Shown piece after piece: positions 24,030 to 37,665 of a DNA stretch of 50,805 nt. The position numbers and the translations under genes are program-made. Position 1 is the first letter of the stretch. Each line of letters opens with the position of its first letter. Source of the DNA: Octopus bimaculoides (Eukaryota); assembly GCF_001194135.2 (NCBI RefSeq), contig NC_068997.1, positions 19,680,250 to 19,731,054 on the forward strand. The letters are read 5' to 3'. The notes below the pieces were generated by a model. That model made no database searches, had not been told where the DNA came from, and saw only the letters and a program-made list of their open reading frames with translations.

Positions 24030-24240
24030 TTGTTTTAATGTTCACTTTCCCATGCTTGCTTGAGTCAGATGCAATTTGTTGAGACAGCTCTGTTATGGCT
24101 AGATGCTCTTCCAGTTGCCAAACTTCACTTATTTCCAAGCAAGGTAATATTTTCCCATGGCCAGTCGTGTTTTTCACTGAAGACTGGAAAGAAATGACAC
24201 CTCTTGTACAACAGTGGTGTTCATCTACAACCATGATATA
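24030..24240 (-). mobile_element. Family F RTE-like element with degenerate (CAT)n tail at 23955-24035
   Basis: tttcccatgcttgc...tttccaagcaaggtaatattttcccatggcc. Confidence 0.8.
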
Positions 24241-24276
24241 TTTGTGCATGTGTGTGTGTGTGTGTGTGTATGTGTG

Positions 24277-24341
<65 letters not shown>

Positions 24342-24474
24342 ATGGATGTATGTGTGTGTGTGTATATATATATATATATTTATAAATATGTATATATATA
24401 TGTGTGTGTACGTGTGAGTGTGTGTGTGGAAATATATATACACATGCACACACATATTAGTATATATGGATGTA

Positions 24475-24511
<37 letters not shown>

Positions 24512-24916
24512 ATGGATGTGTGTGTATATATATGTATGTATATATATATATATATGTGCGTGTGTGTGTGTGTGTGTGTGTATACACACATACACACACA
24601 TACTAGTATATATGGATGTATGTGTGTATATATATTGATGGATGTATTGATGTAAATATTTGAACAATTAACTTGATCGTGTAGAAAAAAAGTGTGTAAA
24701 ACAATAATAAATGGTTGCTTGTGTGTACACATGTGTGATCACGTGTGTACATATGAGTACTTTCTTTACTTATAGACTGAACTTGATTTTTTCTGTTTTT
24801 TTTTTATTTTGTTTCTGACAAGTATTTTGTACTGTAGTCGTAAAGATTGATCAGGTTATTGGCCTTGTCTTTTGTAGCTTTTATTTATTTCGTGTGCATA
24901 GATAAATCACACACAG

Positions 24917-24955
<39 letters not shown>

Positions 24956-25434
24956 CATGCACACAAGATAAGGTTAATAGTCCAATCAATATTTTACCAT
25001 CCTGACAGTAACTCATCTCTAAAATATTGCCATGTAAGTATTTCTGGATATTTATGTGACAATTCTCAACAGATTTATGAACCAATTTAGTTAAATACAC
25101 TACATAATATAAGAAACATTTATGAACCAAAAAAATAAAATAAAATAACAAACAAACCAAAAAAAAAAAAAGAAAAATGTGTGATAATGTATTGTTATGA
25201 GACAGGCATTAATTGTAGGTCTGTTGGGACAGGAGAGAAATTAATTAAGCATGTTCTGCTGAATGTGCAATGTTAATTTCAATGAAAACTGGAGTGCAAA
25301 TGAAGTGAGAAAGTGGCATGGTATGAGAGGACTTTTTGAGTTGATTCAGGAAAGACAGTTGTGTTAATACGAGCATGTAATGTGAATGGACAATTCAAGC
25401 TGTATGAAGAAGTATTGTTTCTGCTGGTGAAAGT

Positions 25435-25715
25435 TGCATCATCATCATTTTTGTCATCATCATTGTCATCAGCATTTGATGTCTGCTTTTCCATAATTGC
25501 ATGAGTCAGACAGAGTTTACCTGAGGCAGATTTTCTACAGTTGGATGCCCTTCCTGTTGCTAAACCTCATCTTTTTCCAAGCAAGGTAACTTTTTTACCC
25601 TTGGCCAAGCATCTTCTTGGAGAATATTGGAAAAGAAAGACACTGCTTGTATGACAGGGACACTTATTTACAACTATCACATGATGTCAAGGCAAGAAGA
25701 CACAAACACATATGC
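25435..25715 (-). mobile_element. Family F RTE-like element
   Basis: gaggcagattttctacagttggatgcccttcctgttgc...caactatcacatgatgtcaagg. Confidence 0.85.
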
Positions 25716-25756
25716 TGTCACCCACACATTCATGCATGGACACACACACACACATA

Positions 25757-25893
25757 CATGATGGGTTTCTTTCAGTTTCCATTTACTAAATTCACTGGCA
25801 AGACTTTGACCAGCCTGGGGCTATTGTAGAAGACACTTGCCCAAGGTGCTACGCAGTGGGGTTGAACCCAGAAACATGAAGTTGGGAAGAAAA
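25757..25893 (-). mobile_element. SINE family A head
   Basis: gggtttctttcagtttcc...cacttgcccaaggtgctacgcagtggggttgaaccc. Confidence 0.8.
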
Positions 25894-26311
25894 CTTCAGT
25901 GCTAAGATTCAGTGCTAAACAAAACTTTATTGCATAACGAACTTCCAATTTATCTCATCCTGACTGCATTGTACAAACTAATCAGCCATGACAAGCAGTG
26001 TTTAGTAAAATGTGTTCAAAGTGCTGTTACAGTCGTTCTTCCTTCAATCTGGAATAACAAAAATTGACAGGTCAGCTTATTAGATGTGTTGTAATGATAT
26101 AATAAAAATTACAATAACTGCCTCTCCTAAAAGAAGTCTCAAAACTTCTGGAATATGTTACCTGATAATGATCAGTGATCAATATTGTAGAAATATATTC
26201 TAATGATGAAGTTAATTGCTTGGAAAATTATAATATTAATTGTTATTGTGTTGTAGTTTAATCCAAGATCAGTCTTGGCCAAGCAAACTTATTACAATCA
26301 TTGCATTATAC

Positions 26312-26888
26312 CACGGGTCAGTGAACTGGGGTAAATTACCACAAGTGGGGTAAAAATGAAATTCTTGTGGGTAATGAAGACTCATCAGATAAAGTAAAAT
26401 TATATTAAAAAAAATGTTTTCCTAGTTATGACAGAAATTTTTCTTCTGGCATGAGGAGGCAGTCAAAAAGTTGCTGCCTTTTGGAACAACCTACCTTTGC
26501 GAAAAAAAGGATTTTCCATTCTGATGAACATAAAAACAAAGCAGAGTAATTGACTGGACCCCGAATACTGTATCCAAATTGCTCTAGCATCAAAATGCTC
26601 CCATTTTGATGTAACTGAAGCAAAAATGAAACAACATCATTTCTCCAAAACCTGGAGTGAAAAAGTTTCTGGAAAAATCCTTTTGTTTCATAATGAGGAT
26701 ATTAATGTATTTTATAGCATTTATTTTATACTTTTTATATTTTTAATTGTATTCTCCACATAAATAGATTCAAGAAACCTTTTGAATTCAAAGAATCTAT
26801 GATTTTCTTCCTTTCAAATCAAGGAGGTAATGTTGGCATAAAGAAATATATTTTGGGGTAATTGGTTAAAAAAGTTCCCCGACTCCTG
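26312..26888 (+). mobile_element. Internally deleted hAT transposon with perfect 8-bp TSD and C-terminal dimerisation-domain remnant
   Basis: TSD cattatac at 26304-26311 and 26889-26896. TIRs cacgggtcagtgaact / agttccccgactcctg (12/16). Internal LLPFGTTYLCEK/GFSILMNIKTKQSN*LDPEYCIQIAL. Confidence 0.9.
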
Positions 26889-27538
26889 CATTATACTCTT
26901 GGCAATGCATATAACCATGCTTACCATAGCTTTCTTAATTGTAAAAACATTATAAAAGGCCCTACTCCTAGAGCCTTTAGCAGTTAGTATAAGTTATTAC
27001 TTAGACATAAAAATATATGTACCAACAATTGATATGCATATAACCAGATATGATGGATCATCCTATACATGCTTGCTTGGAACAATGGATACAGCCACTG
27101 TTTAAAATGTAAAAGAAAAAGAAAGTAAAAACTGGAAAAGAAAGCTTTAAGGCTATTATATGACCAATTCCAGTCTGCTGCCAAGATCTCATCCTGTTCA
27201 TTGAACTAGATAATGAAAGTCATGTATGATGTACAAATAACCTCTAACCTTGTAGACACTATGTTATCAACCAAAATCAAGTTGGGATTTGAGAAGAATG
27301 AATCAATAAAGATGTATTTAAAGCTTTTCTCTTCGTCTTCCCACACATACATAAGAAGTCATCATTATAACAATATGATTAATAGAGATGGGTGTGCTGT
27401 TCATAATCCCTGCTTGTTCAATCTCATCTTTTGCAATCGCAGATAAGAATATGTAAAGAATGTCAGAGTGATTGGGTATTTGCATAGTCGGAGGGGGATT
27501 AGAGAATAAGAAGAAGAAGAAGTAGAAGAAGAAGAAGA

Positions 27539-27575
<37 letters not shown>

Positions 27576-28204
27576 TGAATGTATGTATGTGTGAGTGTGA
27601 TGTGCAGTCACTTATCATCTGAGATCTAAAGAGTTAGAAAGGAAAGTCAAACATGTAGGAATATATCTTCAGAGAAACAAAACAGTTTGTAAAGACAAAC
27701 CAATATATTATCATAGATGTGACAATATGGTTCATACAAGAAGCAGTAACACGGAGTAAGATCTATATTGATGGTATATATTCAATAGTTTGTTGGAAGT
27801 TAAGCGAAGCAACACCTGCTTTAAATATCCGAATTTTCAAGAACTAAAACTTCTTATGCAATTGCGATGAAATAAATATAAAAGTTATACACTCTGAACT
27901 CAACTTTTATGTTATAGCCTTAGTAGTAAGCTGTTATTATTATTATTATTACTAGATGGCCCCATCAAAAATGATGGCTAATTGTAATATTTTATATATA
28001 AATAAGGACAAAAGGTAGAATATGGATGGTAATTCAGATTCATACACTTCTCAATGTTATCTAGTGGCTGTCTTTTGAAATGTGCTCTCTTCTGAAAAGT
28101 GATTGTAATACACTTTATCCCTTTTTATCATACCTCATGAAAGACTATCTCAGACCCTCAGTGGGCGTGGGCACCCAGGACAGGAACCCCTCATCTAGAT
28201 TCAC

Positions 28205-28352
28205 TTTTTATCCTTTATTTTTCACTTGTTTCAATCATTAGACTGTGGCCATGCTGGTGACACTGCCTTTGAATCAATCCCAGTAATCTTTTGTGTTAAT
28301 CCTGGTACTTATTCTATTGTTTTCTTTTGCCAAACTGCTAAGTTACAGGGAG
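28205..28352 (-). mobile_element. SINE family A 3' fragment
   Basis: cacttgtttcaatcattagactgtggccatgctgg...gtacttattctattg. Confidence 0.75.
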
Positions 28353-29021
28353 GCACTTGTGGATTTAGAAAAAGGTGGTCTATTATGTGCTAGTTCAGAG
28401 GAGCACTGACTGTTGTAGTATCAGTTAATAGATGTGACAGAGGGAAGATGCAGTGCATTAGTGTACTAACATATCGCTGGAGTGAAACTCATTATTCAGA
28501 TGAAATTAGACAATACTAATTGGATGTTAAAAAATACAATGAGACTGTGAAGTTGAAACTCTGTATAAGAGTAATTAATAATAGTCTTTTTTAAAAGAAG
28601 TTAGTTTTATAAGTGAACTGAACAGAGAAAATAGTGAAAAATTGTTGGACAAAGGCAGCAGAGAAGTCTCTTCAAACCTATGTTAATATGAACAAATACA
28701 TCTTGATAATGATTAAGTATTCCTGGTCACAAAATAATGCATGAGTATCAATAGAGTATTGTATTGCAAGCAGATAATGTGATCATTAGTGTTTTAGCAG
28801 GCTTGGTTTTAACATATTCAGTGAGGTCATTAAAGTGGACATACAGACAGAAAAATAGACAGACAGGCGATAAAATGATAGATAGAAAGACAGACAGATA
28901 TAGATATATAGACACACAATGTAAGTAATCGACAGAGACAGTAAGGTAGCTAGATAGACAAACAATAAAATATATAGATAGAAAGAGGATATGAAATAGA
29001 TTGACAGATGTACAGTAAGAT

Positions 29022-29303
29022 AGGATGAGTGGCTGTGTAGTAAGTAGCTTGCTTACCAACCACACGGTTCTGGGTTCAGTCCCACTGCGTGGCACCTTGG
29101 GCAAGTGTCTTCTACTATAGCCTCAGGCCGATCAAAGCCTTGTGAGTGGATTTGGTAGATGGAAACTGAAAGAAGCCCGTCATATATATATATATGTATG
29201 TATGTATATGTTTGTGTGTATATGTTTGTGTGTCAGTGTTTGTCCCCCCAACATCGCTTGACAACTGATGCTGGTGTGTTTACGTCCCTGTCACTTAGCG
29301 GTT
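29022..29303 (+). mobile_element. SINE family A, 3'-truncated, little diverged
   Basis: gagtggctgtgtagtaagtagcttgcttaccaacc...cactgcgtggcaccttgggcaag...cacttagcggttc. Confidence 0.88.
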
Positions 29304-29504
29304 CAGATTTTTTGTGAGGCTTTTCTCTTCAAATTACTTTAGATACTTTTCTCCCCGTATTAGGGACCTTTTCTTGTCAACATTTTGTTCTTTGTTGTTT
29401 TTGTTGCTTTTTGCCATTTTTTATCTTTAATAAATCCCTACTGTTTTGTAGATTGTTCTTTCTTGGAATCTAGTTAACAAAAGTAATAGTAATGATTTTA
29501 AATT

Positions 29505-29795
29505 TTGGCTCTAGACCAGCAATTTAGGGAAGCAGGTCAGTTGATTACAGTAACTGGTATTTATTTTATCAACCCTGAAAAGATGAAAGATGAAGTTGAG
29601 CTTGGCAGTATTTGAACTCAGACTGCGAAGATGGACAAAATACCACTAAGCATTTTTCCCAGTATGTTAACAAGTCTCCCAGCATGCCATGTTCCCAATA
29701 ACAAAAATGCCATGCAGTACTCGCTTCAGTTCTTTATGCTTTATGTTCAAATCTTACCAAGATCGACTTTGCCTTTTGATAAAATGAATTACCAA
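29505..29795 (-). mobile_element. Two adjacent SINE family B fragments
   Basis: tggtatttattttatcaaccctgaaaagatgaaag...atttgaactcag, and gatcgactttgccttt. Confidence 0.65.
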
Positions 29796-29814
29796 TCAAG
29801 TGATGTTATTCATT

Positions 29815-30160
29815 TCCAGTCTTCCATAAAAAACATGTCTGGCTGTAGGGAAATATTATCTTACATGGAAACAGGTAAATGTTAGTGACAGGAAGGGCAT
29901 CCACCCAGAGAAAATCTGCCTTGACAAATTTTTGTCTGATCCATGCAAGCATAGAAAAATGGATGTTAAATAACGATGATGATGACGACAACAACAACAA
30001 TGACGACTACAACAACAACAACAACAATGATGATGACAACAATGACGATGATGATGTTGGTGATGGTGATGATGATGATGGTGGTAATGATGTTGATGAC
30101 GACGACGACAATGACAATAATGATAATGAATATGATGACAATAACGATGATTGTATCAAT
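29815..30160 (+). mobile_element. Family F RTE-like 3' end with expanded (GAT/GAC/AAC)n tail
   Basis: caggaagggcatccacc...catgcaagcatagaaaaatggatgttaaa followed by about 180 nt of trinucleotide tail. Confidence 0.8.
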
Positions 30161-30439
30161 ACTTAATGTATTGACACTGGAACTGTAGACAAAGATATCT
30201 ATTGGAGATGGCAATAAATGATGTCAGGTCGGAATATTATTAGATTTCTCGAAACATGCTTCATAAAATGCTCACTAATTAATCAGTCAGACATACTTTT
30301 ATTTATGTACCTGTTTTATTTTTGCATTTGAACCAATCAGTATATTGTTTTTAAAGAAAACATGTAAATACATTAGTTAATTAGCGTTTAAGTTTTTTCT
30401 TCTTAAATATACCACCATGATCATGATCACGATCATTGC

Positions 30440-30625
30440 CGTTGTTTTAACATCTGCTTTTCCATGCTTGCATTGGCATCAGATGGAATTTACTGGGACA
30501 GATTTTCTACCTCTTTTCAAACAGTGTAATATTTTCTCATAGTTAGGCATGTTTCTGCTGAATATTGGAAATGAATGACTCTCATTTACAATAATCACAC
30601 CATGTCAAGAAAAAGGAGACACTAC
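30440..30625 (-). mobile_element. Family F RTE-like element, degenerate
   Basis: tttaacatctgcttttccatgcttgc...cagattttctac. Confidence 0.7.
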
Positions 30626-30841
30626 ACACACACATGCACACATGCACACACACACACATGCATGTACACACATGATGGGCTTCTTTCAGTTTACATCTAC
30701 CAAATCCACTCCAAAAGTTTTGGACAACTTCTCACTATCATAGAAGACACTTGCAGTTCCAAAATCTTTTAATTCTCACTGGGATTACCAACATTTAGAA
30801 ATTTAAAATTTGATCCTCCTTAACATAATGTTCCTATTTGG

Positions 30842-31225
30842 CACAGGTGTCGATTTGTGGTAAGAATTTTGCTTTCCAACCATATAGTTTTGGGTTCAAC
30901 CCCACTTTATAGCACCTTGGGCAAGTTTTTTTCTATTATATCCTTGGGTCGACCAAAGCCTTGTCAGTGGATTTGATAGATATAAACTGAAAGAAGCCCA
31001 TTATAGATGTGCGTGTGTGTGTGTCTGTGTGTCTGTGCTTGTCCCCCACCACCACTTGATAACTGGTGTTGGTGTGTTCATGTACCTGTAACTTAGCGGT
31101 TTGGTTTAAAGAGACCGATAGAGTAAGTGCCAGACTTAAACATTCATCTAAAGATTCTTCAAGACGATGCTCCAGCATGGCTGCAGTCTAATGACTGAAA
31201 CAAGTAAAAGGTAAAAGATAAAAGA
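30842..31225 (+). mobile_element. SINE family A, near full length
   Basis: Head ...gggttcaacccc...; 3' gctccagcatggctgcagtctaatgactgaaacaagtaaaag. Confidence 0.85.
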
Positions 31226-31736
31226 AATGTGGGTTAGTGCTGCTGCTGCTGTTGTTGTTGTTGTTGCACATACACAAACATCCTTGACTGCATCCAAGAG
31301 TTAAGTAAGTTAGCTGATCCGATTGCTTCTAAACATCCACAGCTTGTTTCTCCCCCCCCCCCGCCGCCACACCTTCTAAAAGAACCTCTGCATCCTTGAA
31401 ATAGCAAACCAGCATAGTACTTCTACTGAATCCCACCTGATACATCCGTCTCTCCTCCTCCCCTTGTCATTCCTACCAAATCTTACTCCTTATTTCCCGT
31501 ACATAGCGATTTGCCCAATCATCCAGTCAGTTGCAGTCCTCTGGCATTTCCTCCCACTTCGTGTTTTTCCTGCAGATATTGAATATAGAAATCCAAGCTG
31601 AACATCAATGACATTGATTTCTTCAGTTGTTATGGTAGTGGCAGTGAGGAAACTACTAACATCATTACTGTTACCCTACATTTGACTAATTAGTGTATGT
31701 ATATATATATATATATATACACACACACATTAACAC

Positions 31737-31780
<44 letters not shown>

Positions 31781-32416
31781 NNNNNNNNNNNNNNNNNNNN
31801 NNNNNNNNNNNNNNNNNNNNNNNNNNNNNNNNNNNNNNNNNNNNNNNNNNNNNNNNNNNNNNNNNNNNNNNNNNNNNNNNNNNNNNNNNNNNNNNNNNNN
31901 NNNNNNNNNNNNNNNNNNNNNNNNNNNNNNNNNNNNNNNNNNNNNNNNNNNNNNNNNNNNNNNNNNNNNNNNNNNNNNNNNNNNNNNNNNNNNNNNNNNN
32001 NNNNNNNNNNNNNNNNNNNNNNNNNNNNNNNNNNNNNNNNNNNNNNNNNNNNNNNNNNNNNNNNNNNNNNNNNNNNNNNNNNNNNNNNNNNNNNNNNNNN
32101 NNNNNNNNNNNNNNNNNNNNNNNNNNNNNNNNNNNNNNNNNNNNNNNNNNNNNNNNNNNNNNNNNNNNNNNNNNNNNNNNNNNNNNNNNNNNNNNNNNNN
32201 NNNNNNNNNNNNNNNNNNNNNNNNNNNNNNNNNNNNNNNNNNNNNNNNNNNNNNNNNNNNNNNNNNNNNNNNNNNNNNNNNNNNNNNNNNNNNNNNNNNN
32301 NNNNNNNNNNNNNNNNNNNNNNNNNNNNNNNNNNNNNNNNNNNNNNNNNNNNNNNNNNNNNNNNNNNNNNNNNNNNNNNNNNNNNNNNNNNNNNNNNNNN
32401 NNNNNNNNNNNNNNNN

Positions 32417-32456
<40 letters not shown>

Positions 32457-32467
32457 CCCTGTGAGAT

Positions 32468-32672
32468 GGAAGAATTGTTAGCACAATGGAGCAAAATGCT
32501 TAATGGCATTTTTATCTATCTTTACATTCTGTGTTCAAATTTTGCTGAGGCCTACTTTGTCTTCATTCTTTCAGAGATGATAAACTATGTACCAGTTAAG
32601 CACTGGGGGTTGAGGTAATTGACCAGCCTCCTCCGACAAAATTTCAGGCCTTCTGCCTCTGGTTGAAAGGAA
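32468..32672 (+). mobile_element. SINE family B, degenerate
   Basis: gaattgttagcac...gttcaaattttgctgagg...gtaccagtt...aaatttcaggcctt. Confidence 0.75.
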
Positions 32673-33574
32673 TATGTGTGTGTGTGTGTATAGATGTATA
32701 TATGTATATATACATATGCATATACATAAATATATGTATATGTATATATATATATATGTATATATATGTGTATATATGTATATATCTATATCTATATATG
32801 TGTGTGTGTGGATGTATAGAAGAATTTGTTTTAGGTTTTGGAAATGCACCTAAATCTCAAAATGTGTTGTCATTTTAAAATTTTGTAATAAATTTATTGA
32901 AATACCAAACCGGCTTTGACAATTTTTTGTTTATCAATGGTGACAAATAAATAGTTTAGGAGAGTTTAAAGTTACAAGGTAAAATTTGGAAAAAACATGT
33001 TTAAATGATGAAAAAGTTTAAATATACTATGAAGATCATAACAAATATACATAATTGAATGTCGAGTCATATTGAGTTTTTATGAAAAATGGCAGAAAGA
33101 GAAAAAGATGGTGAGAAAGAAAAAGTTGTATTTTACAATTTCTGTTGTGCATGAAGGAGTTCTTCCTCAGATTCTAGTATATGAGTTTCTTCACATTGAT
33201 CTCTTGTTAGAGTTTGAAATGTTACAGATAAAAATTTAGTATATATATGTTGTTATGGTAAAGGATCAAGTTTTGATTGGCTGTAAATTTGATGATGTCT
33301 TTTGCTTTTCTCATGGGTATTTTGGTTGAAATATTTTTTTGTTTTGGTGAAATCCAACATTCTGATTAGTTGACTTCCTGGTAACATCATTTGTTTGTCA
33401 AATGTTTTAATTCCTTCTTGACCACTTGTGGTGAGAGTCATTGACACTCCTGGGGGATTGAAAGAATGGACTAGCTGAACTCTTATAAAGAATAACATAT
33501 TGGTTGAAACAAGAGGTCAGTAGGAGTTGTTGAGAGGGCGTGTGTTTATTTGGAAAAAAAAAAAGACACTGATA

Positions 33575-33928
33575 AAATAAGTACTAAGCTTATAAATAAT
33601 AAGACCTGAGGATCGATTTGTTTGACTAAAACACCTCAAGGTGGTGCTCCAGCATGGCTGCAGTCAAATGCAGGTGGAACATAAAATACACCATTTTGAG
33701 CGTGGCCATTGCCAGTACCGCCTGACTGGCCTTCGTGCGGGTGGCACATAAAAGCACCCACTACACTCTCTGAGTGGTTGGTGTTAGGAAGGGCATCCAG
33801 CTGTAGAAACTCTGCCAAATCAGATTGGAGCCTGGTGTAGCCATCTGGTTTCACCAGTCGTCAGTCAAATCATCCAACTCATGCTAGCATGGAAAGCGGA
33901 CGTTAAACGATGATGATGATGACAACGA

Positions 33929-33962
<34 letters not shown>

Positions 33963-34135
33963 TCTCTGAGTGGTTGGCGTTAGGAAGGGCATCCAGCTGT
34001 AGAAACTCTGCCAAATTAGATTGGAGCCTGGTGTAGCCATCCGGTTGCACCAGTCCTCAGTCAAATCGTCCAACCCATGCTAGCATGGAAAGCAGACGTT
34101 AAACGATGATGATGATGATGATGATGATGATGATA
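33575..34135 (+). mobile_element. Composite: SINE A 3' piece plus two tandem family E (GAT)n-tailed 3' ends
   Basis: SINE A ends at gcagtcaaatg and runs into caggtggaacataaaa. ~155-bp units start at 33762 and 33958. Confidence 0.85.
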
Positions 34136-34615
34136 GATATATATATATATATATATATATGCAATGGGCTTTTATACAGTTTCCATCAACCAAATTCCTA
34201 CCACAAAGCAGTGATGAACCCAGACTTACAGCAGAAAATATTTGCCTAAGTTGCTGCACTGTGCAATCAAACTCACAAGCGCTATGTTGCAATGCAAACT
34301 TTTGTAACCACACAGCCATCTCCTGCATTTGTATTCTTATTCTCTCACATCGAACATATGATGCTCAATATGCAGATGACCTCATTATTTAGATATAAAA
34401 AAACAGTTCAGCCTTCATGGTGATCACTAAACAATCAGATATTAGTAATTGAGTTCAATATATTTAGTATTTAGTGTGAAATAAATTGTATACATCACAT
34501 GAAACCTAGGCTGATGATATCAAATACACCAAGCTAAATAATTACTTGTTTCTGAATTAATTTTTAATGGCTATTGATTGCTATCTTAATGTTTTACTCC
34601 CAGTAATTCTTACTG

Positions 34616-34659
<44 letters not shown>

Positions 34660-34779
34660 GTTGTAGTTATATAACTTGTTTAGCCCCAGGTCGGTTCAGA
34701 TTGAGCAGACATGTGATCAAAGGTTGACTGTTTATGACCGTCTCTTATTTATTTTTTTGTTTATATCTAGGTCTACATT

Positions 34780-34890
34780 CTTTTATTCTTTGACTTGTTT
34801 CAGTCATTAAACTGTGGCCTTGCTGGAGCACTGCCTTGAAGCGTTTTAGTTGAACAAATCAAACTCAGTACTTATTTTTTTAAGCCCAGT

Positions 34891-34922
<32 letters not shown>

Positions 34923-35480
34923 GGCTTTCTTTCATTTTCCGTCTATAAAATCCACTCACAAGGATTTGGTCAGCCCAAGGCTATAGCAGAAGACACTTGA
35001 CCAAGGTGCCATGCAGTGGGACTGAACCCAGAACCATGTGGTTGGGAAGCAAGCTTCTTACCACACAGCTACACCTGCACCTATATATATATATATATCT
35101 TTTATCTTTTACATTTTACTTGTTTCAGTCATTAGACTGGAGGCATGCTGGGATACCACCATGAACTGTACTTTTTTAAAGCCTGACACTTATCTATTGA
35201 TCACTTTTGTCAAACTGCAAAGTTACAAGGATGTAAACAAACCAACATTGGTTGTCAAGTGATGGTGAGGGACAAATACACACACATGCATGTACATGCA
35301 CACATGCATGCATGCGTGCACACACACACATCCATATGGTAAGCTTCATTCAGTTTCTGTCTATCAAATCCACTCACAAGGCTTTGGTCAGCCTGAGGCT
35401 GTAGTAAAAGAAACTTGTGCAAGGTACCATACGATGGAACTGAACCTGGGACCATGTGGTTGGGAAGCAAACATTTGCCA
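34780..35480 (-). mobile_element. Two tandem SINE family A copies
   Basis: Each has the ttgtttcagtcatta 3' end and the gggactgaaccc/ggaactgaacct head (34780-35080; 35095-35480). Confidence 0.8.
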
Positions 35481-36394
35481 TAGATATACTGCCTCTAATT
35501 GGAGGTCTTTATTGGTGACCCAACATGCCCAAGGGTTACAGGACTCACCATATTATCATCTTTCTTCTTAGACTAATTCATACAAACTAAGAGTGAGAGA
35601 AAATAATTTTTGGCATGAATTGTGTAAGCTATGCAATATTTATATCTGTTCATTCTTCCTTGAAGCTGTTTTCCCACTGGTCAAAGACAGGAAAAAAAAA
35701 AAAAATAACCTACTTGCTTCCTTATTTCTTTGAATTGTCTCATTATTATTGATTCCAATATTCTCTTAATTACTATTTTATCAATTCTCTTTNNNNNNNN
35801 NNNNNNNNNNNNNNNNNNNNNNNNNNNNNNNNNNNNNNNNNNNNNNNNNNNNNNNNNNNNNNNNNNNNNNNNNNNNNNNNNNNNNNNNNNNNNNNNNNNN
35901 NNNNNNNNNNNNNNNNNNNNNNNNNNNNNNNNNNNNNNNNNNNNNNNNNNNNNNNNNNNNNNNNNNNNNNNNNNNNNNNNNNNNNNNNNNNNNNNNNNNN
36001 NNNNNNNNNNNNNNNNNNNNNNNNNNNNNNNNNNNNNNNNNNNNNNNNNNNNNNNNNNNNNNNNNNNNNNNNNNNNNNNNNNNNNNNNNNNNNNNNNNNN
36101 NNNNNNNNNNNNNNNNNNNNNNNNNNNNNNNNNNNNNNNNNNNNNNNNNNNNNNNNNNNNNNNNNNNNNNNNNNNNNNNNNNNNNNNNNNNNNNNNNNNN
36201 NNNNNNNNNNNNNNNNNNNNNNNNNNNNNNNNNNNNNNNNNNNNNNNNNNNNNNNNNNNNNNNNNNNNNNNNNNNNNNNNNNNNNNNNNNNNNNNNNNNN
36301 NNNNNNNNNNNNNNNNNNNNNNNNNNNNNNNNNNNNNNNNNNNNNNNNNNNNNNNNNNNNNNNNNNNNNNNNNNNNNNNNNNNNNNNNNNNNNN

Positions 36395-36780
<386 letters not shown>

Positions 36781-36983
36781 CATTTTGTGGCTACAGGATG
36801 GGTTTTCAGTACAACTTTTCATGTTTTTGTCTTTTAATGGTTCCAGTCGTTGAACTGCAACAGTGCTGGGACATTGCTTTTAATGTATTTAAGTCAATCT
36901 TATCAACTGCAGTACAAATTTGAGACATATAGAATATTTTTAACCCCTAGTCTTTGATAATCCTTACAATATTAATATATACT

Positions 36984-37390
36984 AAGGCCGCAAGCTGGCA
37001 GTATTGTTAGCATGTTGGGCGAAATGCTTTGCGGTATTTCGTCTGTCTTTACATTCTGAGTTCAAATGCCGCCGAGGTTGACTTTGCCTTTAATCCTTTT
37101 GAGGTCGATAAATTAAGTACCATTTGCATATTGGGATCGATCTAATTGACTGGCCCTACCCCCAAAATTTCAGGCCTTGTACCTAGAGTAGAAAAGAGTA
37201 TTGTTAGCATATTGGGCAAAGTGTTTAACAGCATTTCATTCATCATATTCTGCGTTCAAATTCCATCAAGGTTAAATTTGCCTTTTATCCTTTTGGGGTT
37301 GATAAAATAAGTAACAGTTGAGCACTAGGGTTGATGTAATCATCATATGCCTTTCCTTGAAATTGCTGGCCTTGTGCTAAAATTTGAAAT
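36984..37390 (+). mobile_element. Two tandem SINE family B copies
   Basis: ggccgcaagctggcag...gccgaggttgactttgcctt (36984-37200), then a more diverged copy (37200-37390). Confidence 0.85.
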
Positions 37391-37564
37391 CAGTCTTATT
37401 GACTGCAGTACTTATTTTCAGTGCTTATTTTAGCACTCTCTATTTGCCCTTTCTGTATTACAGGAAAGCAAACTATATATTTGTACCCTCTGCATGTGAA
37501 TGGAACACAGATACATGTACTAAAATAGGCATATGTTAAGGTCTGTAAGCTTTAACCATATTAC

Positions 37565-37665
37565 CAAAAGGCTTTAATGGAAGACACTTGCCCAAGGTGC
37601 CACGAGGTGGGATTGAACTTGTAACTTGATCAGAACTTGATCAGAAAGCAAACTTCTTACCACAC
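37565..37665 (-). mobile_element. SINE family A head fragment
   Basis: gaagacacttgcccaaggtgccacg...aaacttcttaccacac. Confidence 0.7.

Noticed and set aside
27318-27480. Protein-like stretches (DEIEQAGIMNSTP on minus; IRICKECQSDW on plus)
   Set aside because: Splice sites are weak or ambiguous on both strands and there is no recognisable homology.
31440-31600. LDDWANR resembling CR1/L2 reverse transcriptase; also a strong plus-strand acceptor at ~31577
   Set aside because: The match is too short, and all three frames stop within 12 codons of the acceptor.
33421-33480. VRVIDTPG, a GTPase G3-like motif
   Set aside because: In-frame stops lie close on both sides, with no good acceptor and no G1 motif.
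37463-37540. Good acceptor followed by short peptides (GKANYIFVPSACEW..., ESKLYICTLCM*)
   Set aside because: All frames close quickly and none is recognisable.
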